DNA of 63,917 nucleotides, filler included, from Octopus bimaculoides (Eukaryota), in the NCBI RefSeq assembly GCF_001194135.2. It is 5 parts of 5 records of this genome, joined end to end, with 100 filler letters (N's around TTAATTAATTAA, not from the genome) between each part and the next. Parts side by side here need not be neighbours in the genome. Positions count along the whole stretch, not along the records: positions 43,993 to 56,739 come from NC_068986.1; positions 56,840 to 61,572 come from NC_068985.1; positions 61,673 to 63,917 come from NC_068982.1; 2 more parts are not named here. One strand, 5' to 3'. The position numbers and the translations under genes were made by a program. The notes below the pieces were generated by a model. That model worked only from the letters and a program-made list of their open reading frames with translations. It was not told the DNA's origin and made no database searches. Of this stretch, positions 51,085 to 63,917 are shown in pieces (positions within the stretch are counted from its first letter, which is position 1; the number at the start of each line of letters is the position of its first letter).

Positions 51085-52233
51085 TTTGATACAATGATCG
51101 TCAGAATCTAGCTGCATTCTATTACGACCAAATAGGGGACCGTAAAATCCAGAAGACGCTATCGTTATCTCTCTCTCATTGCCTGATAGGAAAACCATCT
51201 GCTGTGGTGTTGAAACTTCCATATGATATGGATACACAGATCCCTCTATGAACAACTGTGGGCATGCGTCAACAGAGTTAGGGTGCAGGCATGGCTATGT
51301 AGTTAAGAAAGTTCACTTTGCAACCACGTGCCTTTGAGTTCAATCTCTTTGCGTGGCACCTTCGGTAATTACCTTGTAGTAGTCCCGAGCGAGCAGACCA
51401 ATGCCTTGTGAGTGAATTTGGTAGACGGAAACTGTGAGAAAGCCTAACCTAAATATTTATGTATGTGTGTGTTGGTGTGTGTGTGTGTGTGTGCGTGTGT
51501 GTGTGTGTGTACTTGTGTTTGTGCTTGTCCACACGCACTAACTGACAACTCTTGTTGGTTTGTTTACGTCGCTGTAACTTAGTGGTTCAGCTAAAGAGAA
51601 CCAATAGAATTACCAAACTTTTAAGAAATAGGTACTTCGAGCAGTTCAATGAGTGAAACAAATAAAAAATCAAGATACAAGAAAATACACACATACACAC
51701 ATAAAGATAAAAAGAAATACACGATGATAGTTTTTAGAGGATTGTGAAAGAGTCATAATCTGAGGAAATAATTAATGCTTGAATGTTCGTGACTCCGTGA
51801 CCACATACACGTCAATATAGGAATTCATGCATAAAATGCGTGTGCACGCGCGTACCTCTACATGCTAAAATTTGTCCAACAGTGTGTAAAAATGTCTTTG
51901 AATGTTGGATTTATTTTTCTTTGATACCTAAAGAATTATATCATATATGCCTGTGTATGCACACACTTAAACAAATAGATAGATATATATATATGCGTCC
52001 GGAAATATATGCATCTATACAGTTCAGTATGTATGTCATTGTCTATATGTGTGTGTATGTATGTGTACGCAGAATTCTTATGCATTTGAACGTATGTGTG
52101 CGCATGAAAATGTGTGTGTTTATGTGTATATGTATTTGAGACAATGGTCGTCAGTATCTAGCTGCCTTTTATTACGACCAAACAGGGGACCTTAAAATCC
52201 AGAAGATGCTATCGTTATCTCTCTCATTGCCTC
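51085..52233. repeat. ~100-bp direct duplication (51,085-51,185 and 52,136-52,233)
   Basis: CGTCAG.ATCTAGCTGC..TATTACGACCAAA.AGGGGACC.TAAAATCCAGAAGA.GCTATCGTTATCTCTCTC in both. Confidence 0.9.
51284..51635 (+). mobile_element. tRNA-derived SINE, degraded full length
   Basis: Head, GCGTGGCACCTT, GCCTTGTGAGTGAATTTGGTAGACGGAAACTG, (TG)n and tail homologous to the 43.1 kb copy. Confidence 0.85.
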
Positions 52234-52590
52234 TATATGCTCTCTATACATATGCTGATCTCGCACGGTTTTCCCAATATACAATGTATAAATGTAGATG
52301 CGCACGTACGTACGTACGTATATTGTTTGCGTGTGCACAAATCTAGACATGTTGGGTTGTTTATGCATCCATAGCGTATATAAATTTATACAAAACAACA
52401 GATGATTAACGAACCGTCAATGGGGAGATGACTCACTACTACCCATATAGTGATAACATATCCTGATGTGCGAGAGCCACATTTTAGTTATAATATAAAC
52501 ACAGTAAGACTATATAGCGAAACTACTTGTAAGTCTCTATCAACTCATATATTTCTTCTTATATATTAAACTAAAAAAGAAAATGGTAGC

Positions 52591-52910
52591 TGGCACGCCG
52601 TCGATTACGATGACGTGTGTTTCAGCTAATCCGATCAACGGAACAGCCTGCTCGTGAAATTAACGTGCAAGTGGCTGAGCACTCCACAGACACGTGTGCG
52701 CTTAAACTAGTTCTCAGGGAGATTCAGCGTGACACAGAATGTGACAAGGCTAGCTCTTTGAAATACAGGTGTTACTCATTTTTGTCAGCTGGGTGGACTG
52801 GAGCAACGTGAAATAAAGTGTCTTGCTCACGGACACAACGCGCCGCCGGGAATCGAACTCACGACTTTGAGATCATCAGCCGAATACTCCTAACCACTAA
52901 ACCACACGCC
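52591..52910 (-). mobile_element. Full-length SINE, body 2 + tail X
   Basis: Minus strand tRNA-like head GAGTTCGATTCCC, TTGCTCCAGTCCACCCAGCTGACAAAAATGAGTA, then tail X. Confidence 0.92.
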
Positions 52911-53194
52911 TTCACTCTTCTTTATTACTCTAAACAGAAATGTGTGCTTTAATTTTGGACTATACGAATAACATCGTACACAGCATAGATACTGCACAGT
53001 GAGCCATCACTCGCGAGTGCGGATGGCGTTACGTCATGTACATGCTTTCGATAAATGTTTTCGGTGTTTACGTAGTTGTAAGCAGACGTAGACCTCCTCC
53101 GGGTCCCCAGAACATCAAGGATGTGAAAGCTAGAAGGAAAGAGAGTTGCAACATCACTGAGCTGGTATAAATTGCATCGGAGTAAACTGAAGCC

Positions 53195-53303
53195 ATTTGA
53201 AATACATTGCTATGGCCAGGGACACAACGCACCACTCAGTCTAGAAATTGGATCCACGACTCTTGTGATCTCGAGCCGAGTACATGAACCACCAAACCAC
53301 ACA
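53195..53303 (-). mobile_element. SINE head fragment
   Basis: GGACACAACGCACC..GGATCCACGAC..AACCACCAAACCAC, homologous to 52,830-52,910. Confidence 0.7.
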
Positions 53304-53872
53304 CACGCACGCACACGTACATACATACACACACACACACATACACACACATACAGAAACGCTATACAATATATAGATGGTCGAATAAAATATTTATATA
53401 AAGAACAGATATTTACACGGAATAATTAAAATAAATAAAACAAAACGCAATAATTATAACAAATTGTAATAAAAGGAAGTAAAACATGAAAAATGTCTCG
53501 TCCATAAATAGAGAGGAAAACTGCTGGCTAAGTCGAATAATAGCACTCTACGTTCCTAGCGGTCTGCTATTATTCGTACTGTTGCCTGATTTCCACAAAG
53601 TTACGCCCAAAATATAATTTTAATTGTGTGGGGAAGACAACAATCCACATATTCTGGATAAGACAGCTTCGGCTTGCTGTGATGCTTGTATAGCTCTTAC
53701 AAACATCCTGGCCGTTGCGTGTCTGTTATATTTCATCACCAACGGCGCTTCTTTCATTTATACATCACCGGAAAACTTATGGCACCACACATACGTGACA
53801 TTGTCTACCAGTTATTATGATCTTCGTAGAATGGGTATATATATATATATGAGTATATGTATGTGTGATGAA

Positions 53873-53915
<43 letters not shown>

Positions 53916-54445
53916 CATGCATACATACTTATACATACATGAATATACATATATATATATATATACGTGCGGGCGCGCACACACACAAACACACACATGA
54001 ACATATTTAGTAGTGTTTATTATTATGTTAAATGATCGCAAATTACCACCTATTGTTTATTGGCTATCAATTTATGTAATCTATTAATAGAGATCATTAT
54101 GTGTTTGCTTGACAAAGATTACTTAATTTCTAGACACGGCAGCTGTCTCTTCAGAATGTCACCTATTTGTTATAAAGTTTTATTACTACCGGCGTATAAT
54201 ATTGACGACGGAAATTTTTAAGTGCAGTAGAAATTTCGAAATAGAAAAATCTATACAACATGAAAACATTTGCAGGACAGGGAAATAAATTTAAACTGAC
54301 AGGAAGAGAGGTTGATAAGCCAAACTCTGAGAGAATTGTCAATCAGACCTGACTAATGTCTTATATAATCTCAGATTTGACATCAATTCTACATGATATT
54401 GCCCACCATGTTTTTTGTATATATATCACAGAATAAGTGTGGAGT

Positions 54446-54812
54446 GCGGACTCGCGGTCATAGGATCGCGGTTTCGATTCCCAGACCGGGCGTTGTGGGT
54501 GTTTATTGAGCGAAAACACCTAAAGCTCTACGAGGCTCCGGCAGGGGATGGTGGCGAACCCTGCTGTACTCTTCCACCACAACTTTCTCTCACTCTTTCT
54601 TCCTGTTTCTGTTGTGCCTGTAATTCAAAGGGTCAGCCTTGTCACACTGTGTCACGCTGAATATCCCCCCGAGAACTACGTTAAGGGTACACGTGTCTGT
54701 GGAGTGCTCAGCCACTTGCACGTTAATTTCACGAGCAGGCTGTTCCGTTGATTGGAACAACTGGAACCCTCGACGTCGTAAGCGACGGAGTGCCAACAAC
54801 AACAACAACAAC
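54446..54812 (+). mobile_element. 5'-truncated SINE, body 1 + tail X, (AAC)n end, 11-bp TSD
   Basis: AAGTGTGGAGT at 54,435-54,445 and 54,813-54,823. Confidence 0.93.
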
Positions 54813-55574
54813 AAGTGTGGAGTAACCGAGAGTTGTTAATAACTGCATCGATCACATGATAAAGTATGGCGTAAAGACTTTATAACGCTTTCCCCAAAAC
54901 TTGTGAGTGGAACAAACCCTCTGCACAAATTGAAAGTGTTAATGCAAAACACTGCGAATTATAGTCTGAAGTATATTCAAGTATTAACGTGACAATGCTA
55001 TTTCACTCAGGAAAGAATATTTTGTTTGAAACGATGTGTATGAAACACCCCCTGCAACCGACCAATGGTTTGTCAGTTGTTCTCTGAAAACACTCCCAAT
55101 ATAGAAATGTTGCCATCCTTGAATAGAAAGAATTAAATGTCAACGTTGAATATATTGAGGGTAATGTGCTGTTATGTGTTTTGTAAAATGACGCCTTTCG
55201 ATGGACATCATGATTTTTGTTAAAGAAATCACTCAACGATACACTGTGAAACATCCAATGTTTTAGAATTTCAGCACACACACACAAACACACACACACA
55301 CACACACAACCATATATATATATACCTACAAACACACACATAGATAGATAGATAGATAGATAGATAGACAGTGATTGACAGATACCAATATATACCACAA
55401 CGTACATATTCAGTAATGCCTCTTATTATGTTAAATAATGGCCTCTCTCGTCGAAGACGACGTACGACCGCTCAGTTTTTGCTGAATGATCTGCACAAAT
55501 GAGTTGTTTATAGTGATCAAATGTTCGTGCCGCACATTTTGTAAATGTCTCCATCAATGTTGTGTGAACAGGTG

Positions 55575-55722
55575 CACTGTGTGCCACAAGTCAGGTATCG
55601 ACGTGATCGGAGAGCAGCATGAGATAAAGTGTTTTGTTCAAGAACACAACGCACCACCCGGTCTAGGAATTGAAATCATGATTTCGCGATCCTAAGTCCA
55701 GCACTCTAACCACTAAGCCATT
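55575..55722 (-). mobile_element. SINE 5' part
   Basis: ATAAAGTGTTTTGTTCAAGAACACAACGCACC..CTCTAACCACTAAGCCAT. Confidence 0.8.
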
Positions 55723-56688
55723 ACTGTGCGTAATCAATGTACACGAGGACTAATTAAGTTGTTGTTTTAAACAGAACATCCTTCTTTTAAGAGCGCCGTC
55801 TATTTGTTATAAAGTTTTATTATTAACACCACTGTCGTGTAATATTAACGACGAAAATTTTTAGGTGCAGTAGAAATTTCGTAATAGAAAAATCTATACA
55901 ACTTGAAAACATTTGCAGGACTGGGAAATAAATTGAAATCGACAGGAAGAGTGGCTGATAAGACAGATTCTGAGAGAATTGTCGACGTGACTAATGTTTT
56001 ATATACAACGGCTTCTGAATAAGGATAGATTTTCAGCTAAAACCATCTCATATAATACATCGATTCTACAAGGCAGTAACCACCTTGTTTTAAACACGCA
56101 TCATAATATATGAGTGGAACAACTACTAGTTGTCAGTGTAATAACGGTTTTGATCACATGACAAATACGGCGAAAAGATTTTATAAATTTGCTTTATTTT
56201 TTATTTTTCTCCTTTTTTTTCTCCGAGACTTGCATCAACGGAAAACATTTTCCACGCAGTTTGATAGTGTTAATATAAAACTCTAAGAATTATAGACTTA
56301 AGAATATTCAGATATTAAAGTGACAAGTCCATTACACTCAGCAACGAATATTTTGTGAATTGATGTGTATGAAATACTTCCTGGAACCGCTAAATTCTTT
56401 GTCAGTTTTCCTCTGTAAACATTTAATATAGAAATTTTGCCTTACTTGAATTGAAAGAATTAAATGTCACAGTTGAATGTATTCAGGGAAATGTGTTATT
56501 GCATGTTATTGTAAAATTTACAAACGACGCTCTTCTATAGGTATCTTGACTCTTGTTAAAGAAATCAGTCAGCAATTTTTTGTGGCACATCCAACGGTTT
56601 AGAATATCAGTAGGCTCACAGAGGCACACACATTCAACCACCACTCACACTAATATAAATATATATACATATGCATACCTATACGCAT

Positions 56689-56739
<51 letters not shown>

Positions 56740-57384
56740 NNNNNNNNNNNNNNNNNNNNNNNNNNNNNNNNNNNNNNNNNNNNTTAATTAATTAANNNNN
56801 NNNNNNNNNNNNNNNNNNNNNNNNNNNNNNNNNNNNNNNTGCCATAGACACCTGTGCTTTGGTTCTTTCTTTTTCTTTCTTTTTTTTGTCACTTTTGCTA
56901 TGAATTAAATTAATGAATTCAACGGGATACATCGTCTGCAAATAGTTGGGTTCAGCATATTATCCTCCATTTTCTAATTGTTATACAAATTTGGGGTAAA
57001 ACCTCCACTTTTACCCGCTCCCATTGATTGCACTTAGTATAGCACTAGTGTAGCAATAATTGGGTACCTCCCAGCAGTATACTGGATAGATACTATCCCT
57101 TAGTGGGTTGAACCCCCAACCCCTAACTCTCTCACGTTATATATATATATATATGTTTGTGTATAATTATATAAAAAGAAAAATACGAACTACTACAGTA
57201 ATCCTCCCTTCTCAACACATGAAATTTGTATGTACCTATGGGTATGTTTGTAACTCTGGTCCTTTATTGGATTAGGATTATCATCCGGGGGGATTCGGTT
57301 TTAAAAAAATGGGGTAATTGTCTCTCTCCTGTATGTCACTTGCATAGTTCTAATGTGTATCGCCGCTATACCTCTATCTTCTTG

Positions 57385-57575
57385 AACCATGTCTGGCTCA
57401 TAAAGGCCGGTTTCCCGGTTTCATTGGTTTATAGGTTTCCCACCTGGGAGGGAGACACTAATCTGTCGCAGGTGACCTGTGAGAGGCAGGAGGAAGACTG
57501 GGAGAAAGTTGTAATGAGAGAGCCAGTGGAAGTCCGACATTACCCTCTGCCAGAGCCGTGTGCAACTTAGGTGCT
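57385..57575 (-). mobile_element. SINE fragment, body 1 + tail Y
   Basis: Minus strand CACCTAAG..GGCTCTGGCAGAGGG..ACAACTTTCTC..CCTGCGACAG..CCAGGTGGGAAACC..GAAACCGGGAAACCGGCC. Confidence 0.82.
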
Positions 57576-57606
57576 TCGCTATATATATAATATGTTTGGC
57601 ATACTA

Positions 57607-57639
<33 letters not shown>

Positions 57640-57730
57640 CTTTATCTATCTATCTGGACACACACACACACATACATATATATATACATATGTATATTGC
57701 TATGTACTTCTGTCTATAGATACATCCATG

Positions 57731-57772
<42 letters not shown>

Positions 57773-58957
57773 TGTGTGTGTGTGTGTGTGTATCAATGCA
57801 GGCATACATCGGCTCAACTATCTGCAACTCGGTAACAGGATAAATGAGTTCTTTCCTGTTCGGCTGCCACTTACCAATCACTTAAATCATATTCAAGAGA
57901 TTTAGCTGTTGTTTCTAGCATCTGGAGAGAATTTCTAGGTCTGATTTCATTCGCTGGTTGAAAATAACCTATCCATGCGCTAATGAGCAAACGAGTTAAG
58001 AAAAAAAAACATCTTGATTTTTGGTGTGGGATGTAAGAGGGGAGGGATAGGTGGGTCAATTTTTGGTTTCTAAATTAAAATTTTAGAAAATCTTTTGCAG
58101 AATCTTCTCTGTATTTTTTACGTGGAATCCTCCCCCCCCAAAAAATGCCAAAATATTCGTTAAAAATCGAAAATCGAAAACGTTGGTGGAAATTTATATT
58201 TTGAAAAGTCAACATTTTCTAAAAATTTTAATGTTTCCGTAAATGACGGAATCTGAATACAAAAGGCTAAAAAAGGGAATGCCGAAAAGGAAAGGGAGGG
58301 GTGCGTATTGTACACTGCCGAGATTTGACTGTTATTTCTAGCTTGTGAAGAGACCATGTAGACATTCCCGCATGCGTTGTTAAGTAAATGTCAGTTTAAC
58401 CCAACACAAGTTGCTGGCCTATTTAAGACTTACTTGATATTCTTGCGTACAACCACTTCTTATAAAATGTTTCCACTTTTTAAAGTTGCAATTGCAGAAA
58501 CCCACGTTTTTTTCCCTTCTTTTTTTTTTATTTTTCGTTGCAATTGGGGCGATTTACGAGGCATTTAACCCCTGCTTTATACAATGGACGAGCTGTTGAT
58601 GTTCGAAATAGATAAAAAAATAAAACAAAACAATCGAGCATTATTAACCTCCAAAAAGTTTTGTTTTGAGGATTTTTAGAAAATCTTACGAATCTCTGTT
58701 CTAAACACAGAAATTAATACGATTACGCAACAAAAAAGTATGTCTGTGTGTGATTTAAGAGGGATTTAGCTGTTATTTCTAGTACATCGCACGATCACCT
58801 TTCTCGTTTCTTCGTCACTGGCACATACTGCTGTTTGTCTTGAACAGGCCACCGACTGCTATCTACACTCACACATTTTAAAGCTTTATAACTTACTAGT
58901 GATATGAATGAGGGAAGTAAATATCACCATAGAGACCGTAAACGAAACTATATACAT

Positions 58958-59080
58958 ATAGGCATAACTACAGATATGTACCCCAACCCATGCCTTAGAG
59001 GCATATCTACAGATATGTACTCTACCACATGTTATATAGGCATAACTACAGATGTGTACCCCACCATTATGCCATATACC
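58958..59080. repeat. ~40-bp tandem repeat x3
   Basis: AGGCATA.CTACAGAT.TGTAC.C recurs three times. Confidence 0.85.
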
Positions 59081-59184
59081 ACAAATATATTTCTTTAAAA
59101 TGTATTGATATTTCTGGAAGTTATGAGGCAACAAAATCGGTGGGGGTACACCTTGCTGGGGAAGCGACCAAAACATATCAGAAC

Positions 59185-59458
<274 letters not shown>

Positions 59459-59468
59459 NNNNNNNNNN

Positions 59469-59577
<109 letters not shown>

Positions 59578-59578
59578 G

Positions 59579-59818
59579 GCTGATTCAAAACTATATGGCA
59601 AAGATGATGAAGAGCTTGAAGGACTACTCCATACTGTGAAAGGATTCAGTGACGCTATCGGGATGGACTTTGGCCTTGAAAAGTGTGCCAAAGCCACTTT
59701 TAAGAAAGGGAAACTAGTAAAGTCATGTTCAATCTAATTAGATGTCGAAACAGTAATAAAGGAACTTGAGCAGGAACAAATCTATAAATACCTAGGAATA
59801 AATGAAAGCTCTGGGATC
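59579..59818 (+). mobile_element. R4/Dong-type non-LTR reverse transcriptase fragment
   Basis: Translates ADSKLYGKDDEELEGLLHTVKGFSDAIGMDFGLEKCAK..KKGKL..*..YKYLG, RT domains 5-7 in the GMxFGxxKCA form of R4/Dong elements; begins directly after (AAT)n. Confidence 0.82.
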
Positions 59819-59849
59819 TTTCTGATTTGACGGGCACCACTTGTTTTAT

Positions 59850-60605
59850 TAACGAAACACTTTCAAACTTGGGATACTGGTAGAATGTGTCATATAAAAC
59901 ATCTTTTTCTCTTAGCCTTCTTAACAAAAATTTATTCTTAATAAGTTATTTCATGTTAAAGTTGTCGTATTTCTGTAATTTCAACCAATCACTAACGTCT
60001 ATTCAGCTGAATAGAGTTACTACTGTTTTTGTAAACAATAATTTTTGCCGGTGTCAAGAGTGTTATTCCCTGTTTCATTATATCATTATTCCCTAGTAAG
60101 GGTTTAGGGTTTTAGGGTTAGGGTTCCGGTTTTAGACTTAGACTTAGGGTTTTAGGGTTGGGGTTAGGGTTAGGGTTATGGTTATGAGTTATAAGGTTTT
60201 AGGGTTAGGGTTATGAGTGAGGTTATGGCAAAAATAATCATAACCCTAACCGTAACCCTAAAACTAACCCTAACTCTAAAACCCGAACCCTAACCCTAAA
60301 ACCCTAAAACTAAAACCAGTACAAACGCACGAACGATGTCATAAATAACAGTAACACGGATAGTTGTTGTTGACAAACACCGGCACTAATTTTATTCAAG
60401 GGAAAAGATCCCATGACACTGTTAGAACATATTGTTTACATTCCACGGCAGTAATTGTTTTCACCACAATAGACGTCAGTGATTGGTTGAAATTACCGAA
60501 ATATGACAATTTTTTTTACATGAAATAACTTCGAATACAAAATTTTTTATCTGTTCTATACCACAAAATATACAAGTAAACGAAGTTTGAAAGTGTTTCC
60601 GTACC
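59850..60605. mobile_element. ~750-bp foldback element with central inverted telomere-like arrays
   Basis: Collinear inverted homology from GAAACACTTTCAAACTT inward to GGTTATG/CATAACC; TTAGGG-like array 60,098-60,227, CCCTAA-like array 60,239-60,318. Confidence 0.85.
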
Positions 60606-60897
60606 AAAAACACTACGTAAAACATNNNNNNNNNNNNNNNNNNNNNNNNNNNNNNNNNNNNNNNNNNNNNNNNNNNNNNNNNNNNNNNNNNNNNNNNNNN
60701 NNNNNNNNNNNNNNNNNNNNNNNNNNNNNNNNNNNNNNNNNNNNNNNNNNNNNNNNNNNNNNNNNNNNNNNNNNNNNNNNNNNNNNNNNNNNNNNNNNNN
60801 NNNNNNNNNNNNNNNNNNNNNNNNNNNNNNNNNNNNNNNNNNNNNNNNNNNNNNNNNNNNNNNNNNNNNNNNNNNNNTATATATATGTATGTATATG

Positions 60898-61545
60898 TAT
60901 GTATGTATATCTCCTCTCCTGCTCCGACTCCTACTTCTCTGTACTTCTTTTCACTCCTACTCTTTCTCTCTTCTCTCTTACTTTCTTCTCTCTTACTTTC
61001 TTCTCTCTTACTTTCTTCTCTCTTACTCTCTTTCTCTCTCTCTCTTATTCTCTTCTCTTTCTCCTCGCTTTCTCCCTCCTCCCATACCCACATACCCCTA
61101 CCACTATCCTCACCCTCAGCCTAACCCACACTTTCCCCACTCTCACATCACACCACGCTACACCATATCACACATCACACCACCACGCACACACTAGCAC
61201 TGACCAACTCCCTTCCCCACTTTTCCCCACCTACATACACACATACATACGTTAAGATCACCAGTATTCTCTCACACACAGCTTCTCACCACTTCTTTCC
61301 CCTTTGTTATCTCCCCTTTTTCTTAACTCTCCTGTGTGATCCTCCTGTCCGGCATTCGCCATGATAGATCGCTGACCACTACATTTATATTTTTTTTCTC
61401 CTTATTTCTTTATGTGTTCCTTGCAGTTGAAAAGCGTAGCCTCGAAACGTCAAAGACTTTCTCTATTCCCGAGCGTTATACTAATACATCCATTTGTTGT
61501 TTACACCACCTGTCTTCGTTTGTTGTTTTTTTCGTAAATTCTCCC
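60898..61545 (+). mobile_element. C/T-rich fragment ending in the Penelope-type terminus (copy 2)
   Basis: CTTGCAGTTGAAAAGCGTAGCCTCGAAACGTCAAAG at 61,420-61,455 and downstream sequence homologous to 1,630-1,720. Confidence 0.6.
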
Positions 61546-61699
61546 ATATATATATATATATATATATATATANNNNNNNNNNNNNNNNNNNNNNNNNNNN
61601 NNNNNNNNNNNNNNNNTTAATTAATTAANNNNNNNNNNNNNNNNNNNNNNNNNNNNNNNNNNNNNNNNNNNNAGCATTTTGTCCAGCGTGTTAGCGTTT

Positions 61700-62020
<321 letters not shown>

Positions 62021-62595
62021 ACAAATGAATTAGAGGCTTCTGTGACTTAGCAGGACGGCGAGGTTAAAGCAGTCTGATGTTCATTACGCTTCACTCCCGG
62101 TGAGAAAATAACTGAAACGCAGAGGATAAGGTCATCTTAATACCATTGGCAAATCGAATCATTATTATTAACGAGAAACTGTATCGATCACGTATGAAGA
62201 CGTGAAGTAATACGGACGATATTATCCAATACTTCCACATACTTCTAACACACTTCCATATCTACACCAGCGTCTTTACTTCTAACTATATTTGCTTCTA
62301 TTTCAACCTGTTCCAAATTTTATCTATCTCCAATTTGTTGACCCTTCATTATCAAACACAAAACCTTCCCGATCATATTTATAAATGCAATGAACTTACA
62401 AAAGATACATTTTGAACTCATGTTTAATTCATAGTATTTTCTTCGTTATATTCATACACGATCTAGTCGAAGTCGCTAATTCATCTTAATCTCTAAGCAA
62501 TTTGCTTCTAACTCGTTCCTTTTGATGAAATAGTGTTAAAGCAGCATCAAAGATCAAGGCTTAATTTTTTTTCACCACCGCTTCTCCTTCCACAG

Positions 62596-62632
62596 AAGAA
62601 GAGATGTCTCAAAATATATCGTATAGAAATCA
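62596..62632 (+). other. Candidate 37-nt exon
   Basis: Acceptor TTTTTTTCACCACCGCTTCTCCTTCCACAG, donor CA|GTGAGC; two open frames (EEEMSQNISYRN / KKRCLKIYRIEI). Confidence 0.3.
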
Positions 62633-62918
62633 GTGAGCATTAGATTCAATCAAATTTGGCTACGATTTAATCACTTCTTACTAGATCAAAGAACACGGTT
62701 CTGTGCGAAGGCCTAACTATCTGAACGTATCTCGCCAACTGCGTATGTTTTCAAAAGTTGCATTAGAGTATATTTCAAAGTATGTACGTATAGCTGTAAT
62801 GTATGTATGTATGTATGTATGTATGTATGTATGTATGTATGTATGTATGAGTGTATATGTATGTATAAGTGTATATGTATGCATGTATGTAAGCATATAT
62901 GTATTCATTTATAATTAC

Positions 62919-62993
<75 letters not shown>

Positions 62994-63238
62994 AGAAAGA
63001 GAATTGAAAAGAGAGAGAAAGACAGACAGAGAGTAAGAAGAAGACAGAGAGAGAAAGAAAGATTGAGAAAGATACAGTTAGAAATATTTACATATAGATA
63101 TGTGTACATAATATAACCTACGTGTATAATAGCAATCATCCAGATATATAATACATACACATATGTATGTTCATTCATACGTTCAAAGCGACAAAATGTA
63201 TATAAGATTCAGCGCGCATATGTACAGAGAATAAGAGC

Positions 63239-63349
<111 letters not shown>

Positions 63350-63569
63350 CAAGAACAGAGTTAAACATAAGGATGCATGTACACACACGCACAATGTACT
63401 CACATTCACATCAATTAGTAGATGCACAATAATATGTCTATCAATTTTAAACACTTACATGTATAGGCACACAAACATATTTATACACATTTCCATTTTT
63501 ATTTAATAATTGAACGCCACACAGCCCTTACCAACAGTAAATTTTATACATTAAACTCCAAAAGTTTTT

Positions 63570-63690
63570 TATTCTCTCTGTTTATTTCCCTGTGTTCCTT
63601 TCTGTTGAAGAGCGTAGGCTCGAAACGTAAAAGAATTTCTCATCTTCCCAAGCGTCTTCGTCTTTTGTTTTTCTGTAAATTTCAAGTATA
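63570..63690 (+). mobile_element. Penelope-type terminus (copy 3)
   Basis: CTTTCTGTTGAAGAGCGTAGGCTCGAAACGTAAAAG at 63,598-63,633. Confidence 0.6.
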
Positions 63691-63917
63691 TATGAATATA
63701 TATATATATATATATATATTCACATACATACTTACATATATACGGATATATGTATATATATCTATAGTCTGATGCATTCATAATGAGCAGTTTAATCTGA
63801 ATACATACATATATACATACATACATCCGTATATATATATATACAATATCTGTACATCACATCAAACACACACACACACACACACACACAGACACACACA
63901 CACACACACACACACAC

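Larger units (their letters stand above)
54130..56610. repeat. Local tandem duplication (~54,130-55,275 and ~55,790-56,610)
   Basis: Collinear diverged blocks, e.g. CTATTTGTTATAAAGTTTTATTA, GTGCAGTAGAAATTTCG.AATAGAAAAATCTATACAAC, GAAAGAATTAAATGTCA, TTGTTAAAGAAATCA. Confidence 0.9.

Noticed and set aside
51080-51110. Hammerhead at minus-strand CTGACGA (and 52,150)
   Set aside because: GAAA is displaced by 6 nt in one copy and absent in the other.
60098-60318. A true ancestral chromosome-fusion site
   Set aside because: Not excluded, but short degenerate arrays inside a larger inverted unit favour a transposon; kept as a foldback finding.

Overview
AT-rich, gap-rich animal genomic scaffold dominated by microsatellites and retro/DNA-transposon debris. 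The SINE families and assembly style suggest an octopus (coleoid cephalopod); this is inference from pattern recognition, not a database result. No intact, nameable protein-coding gene, rRNA, true tRNA or CRISPR array is supported, and nearly all long ORFs in the track run through N gaps or simple repeats. Recognisable relics: an ORF1-only L1/Tx1-type element with a CCHC knuckle (46.7-48.4 kb), an RTE LINE 3' end, a Dong/R4-type RT fragment beside (AAT)n, two Buster/Charlie hAT transposase fragments and about 20 tRNA-derived SINE copies. Best leads: (1) the 3' half of a canonical hammerhead ribozyme cut off by a gap at 46,037, followed by several hairpins; (2) three copies of a minimal hammerhead-like Penelope-type motif plus a fourth variant; (3) a ~750-bp foldback with head-to-head (TTAGGG)n/(CCCTAA)n at its centre; (4) several long inverted repeats, one covering a perfect splice donor, within or beside an apparently CpG-poor domain (~30.8-43.9 kb) holding candidate micro-exons; (5) all four body x tail combinations of a modular SINE system.
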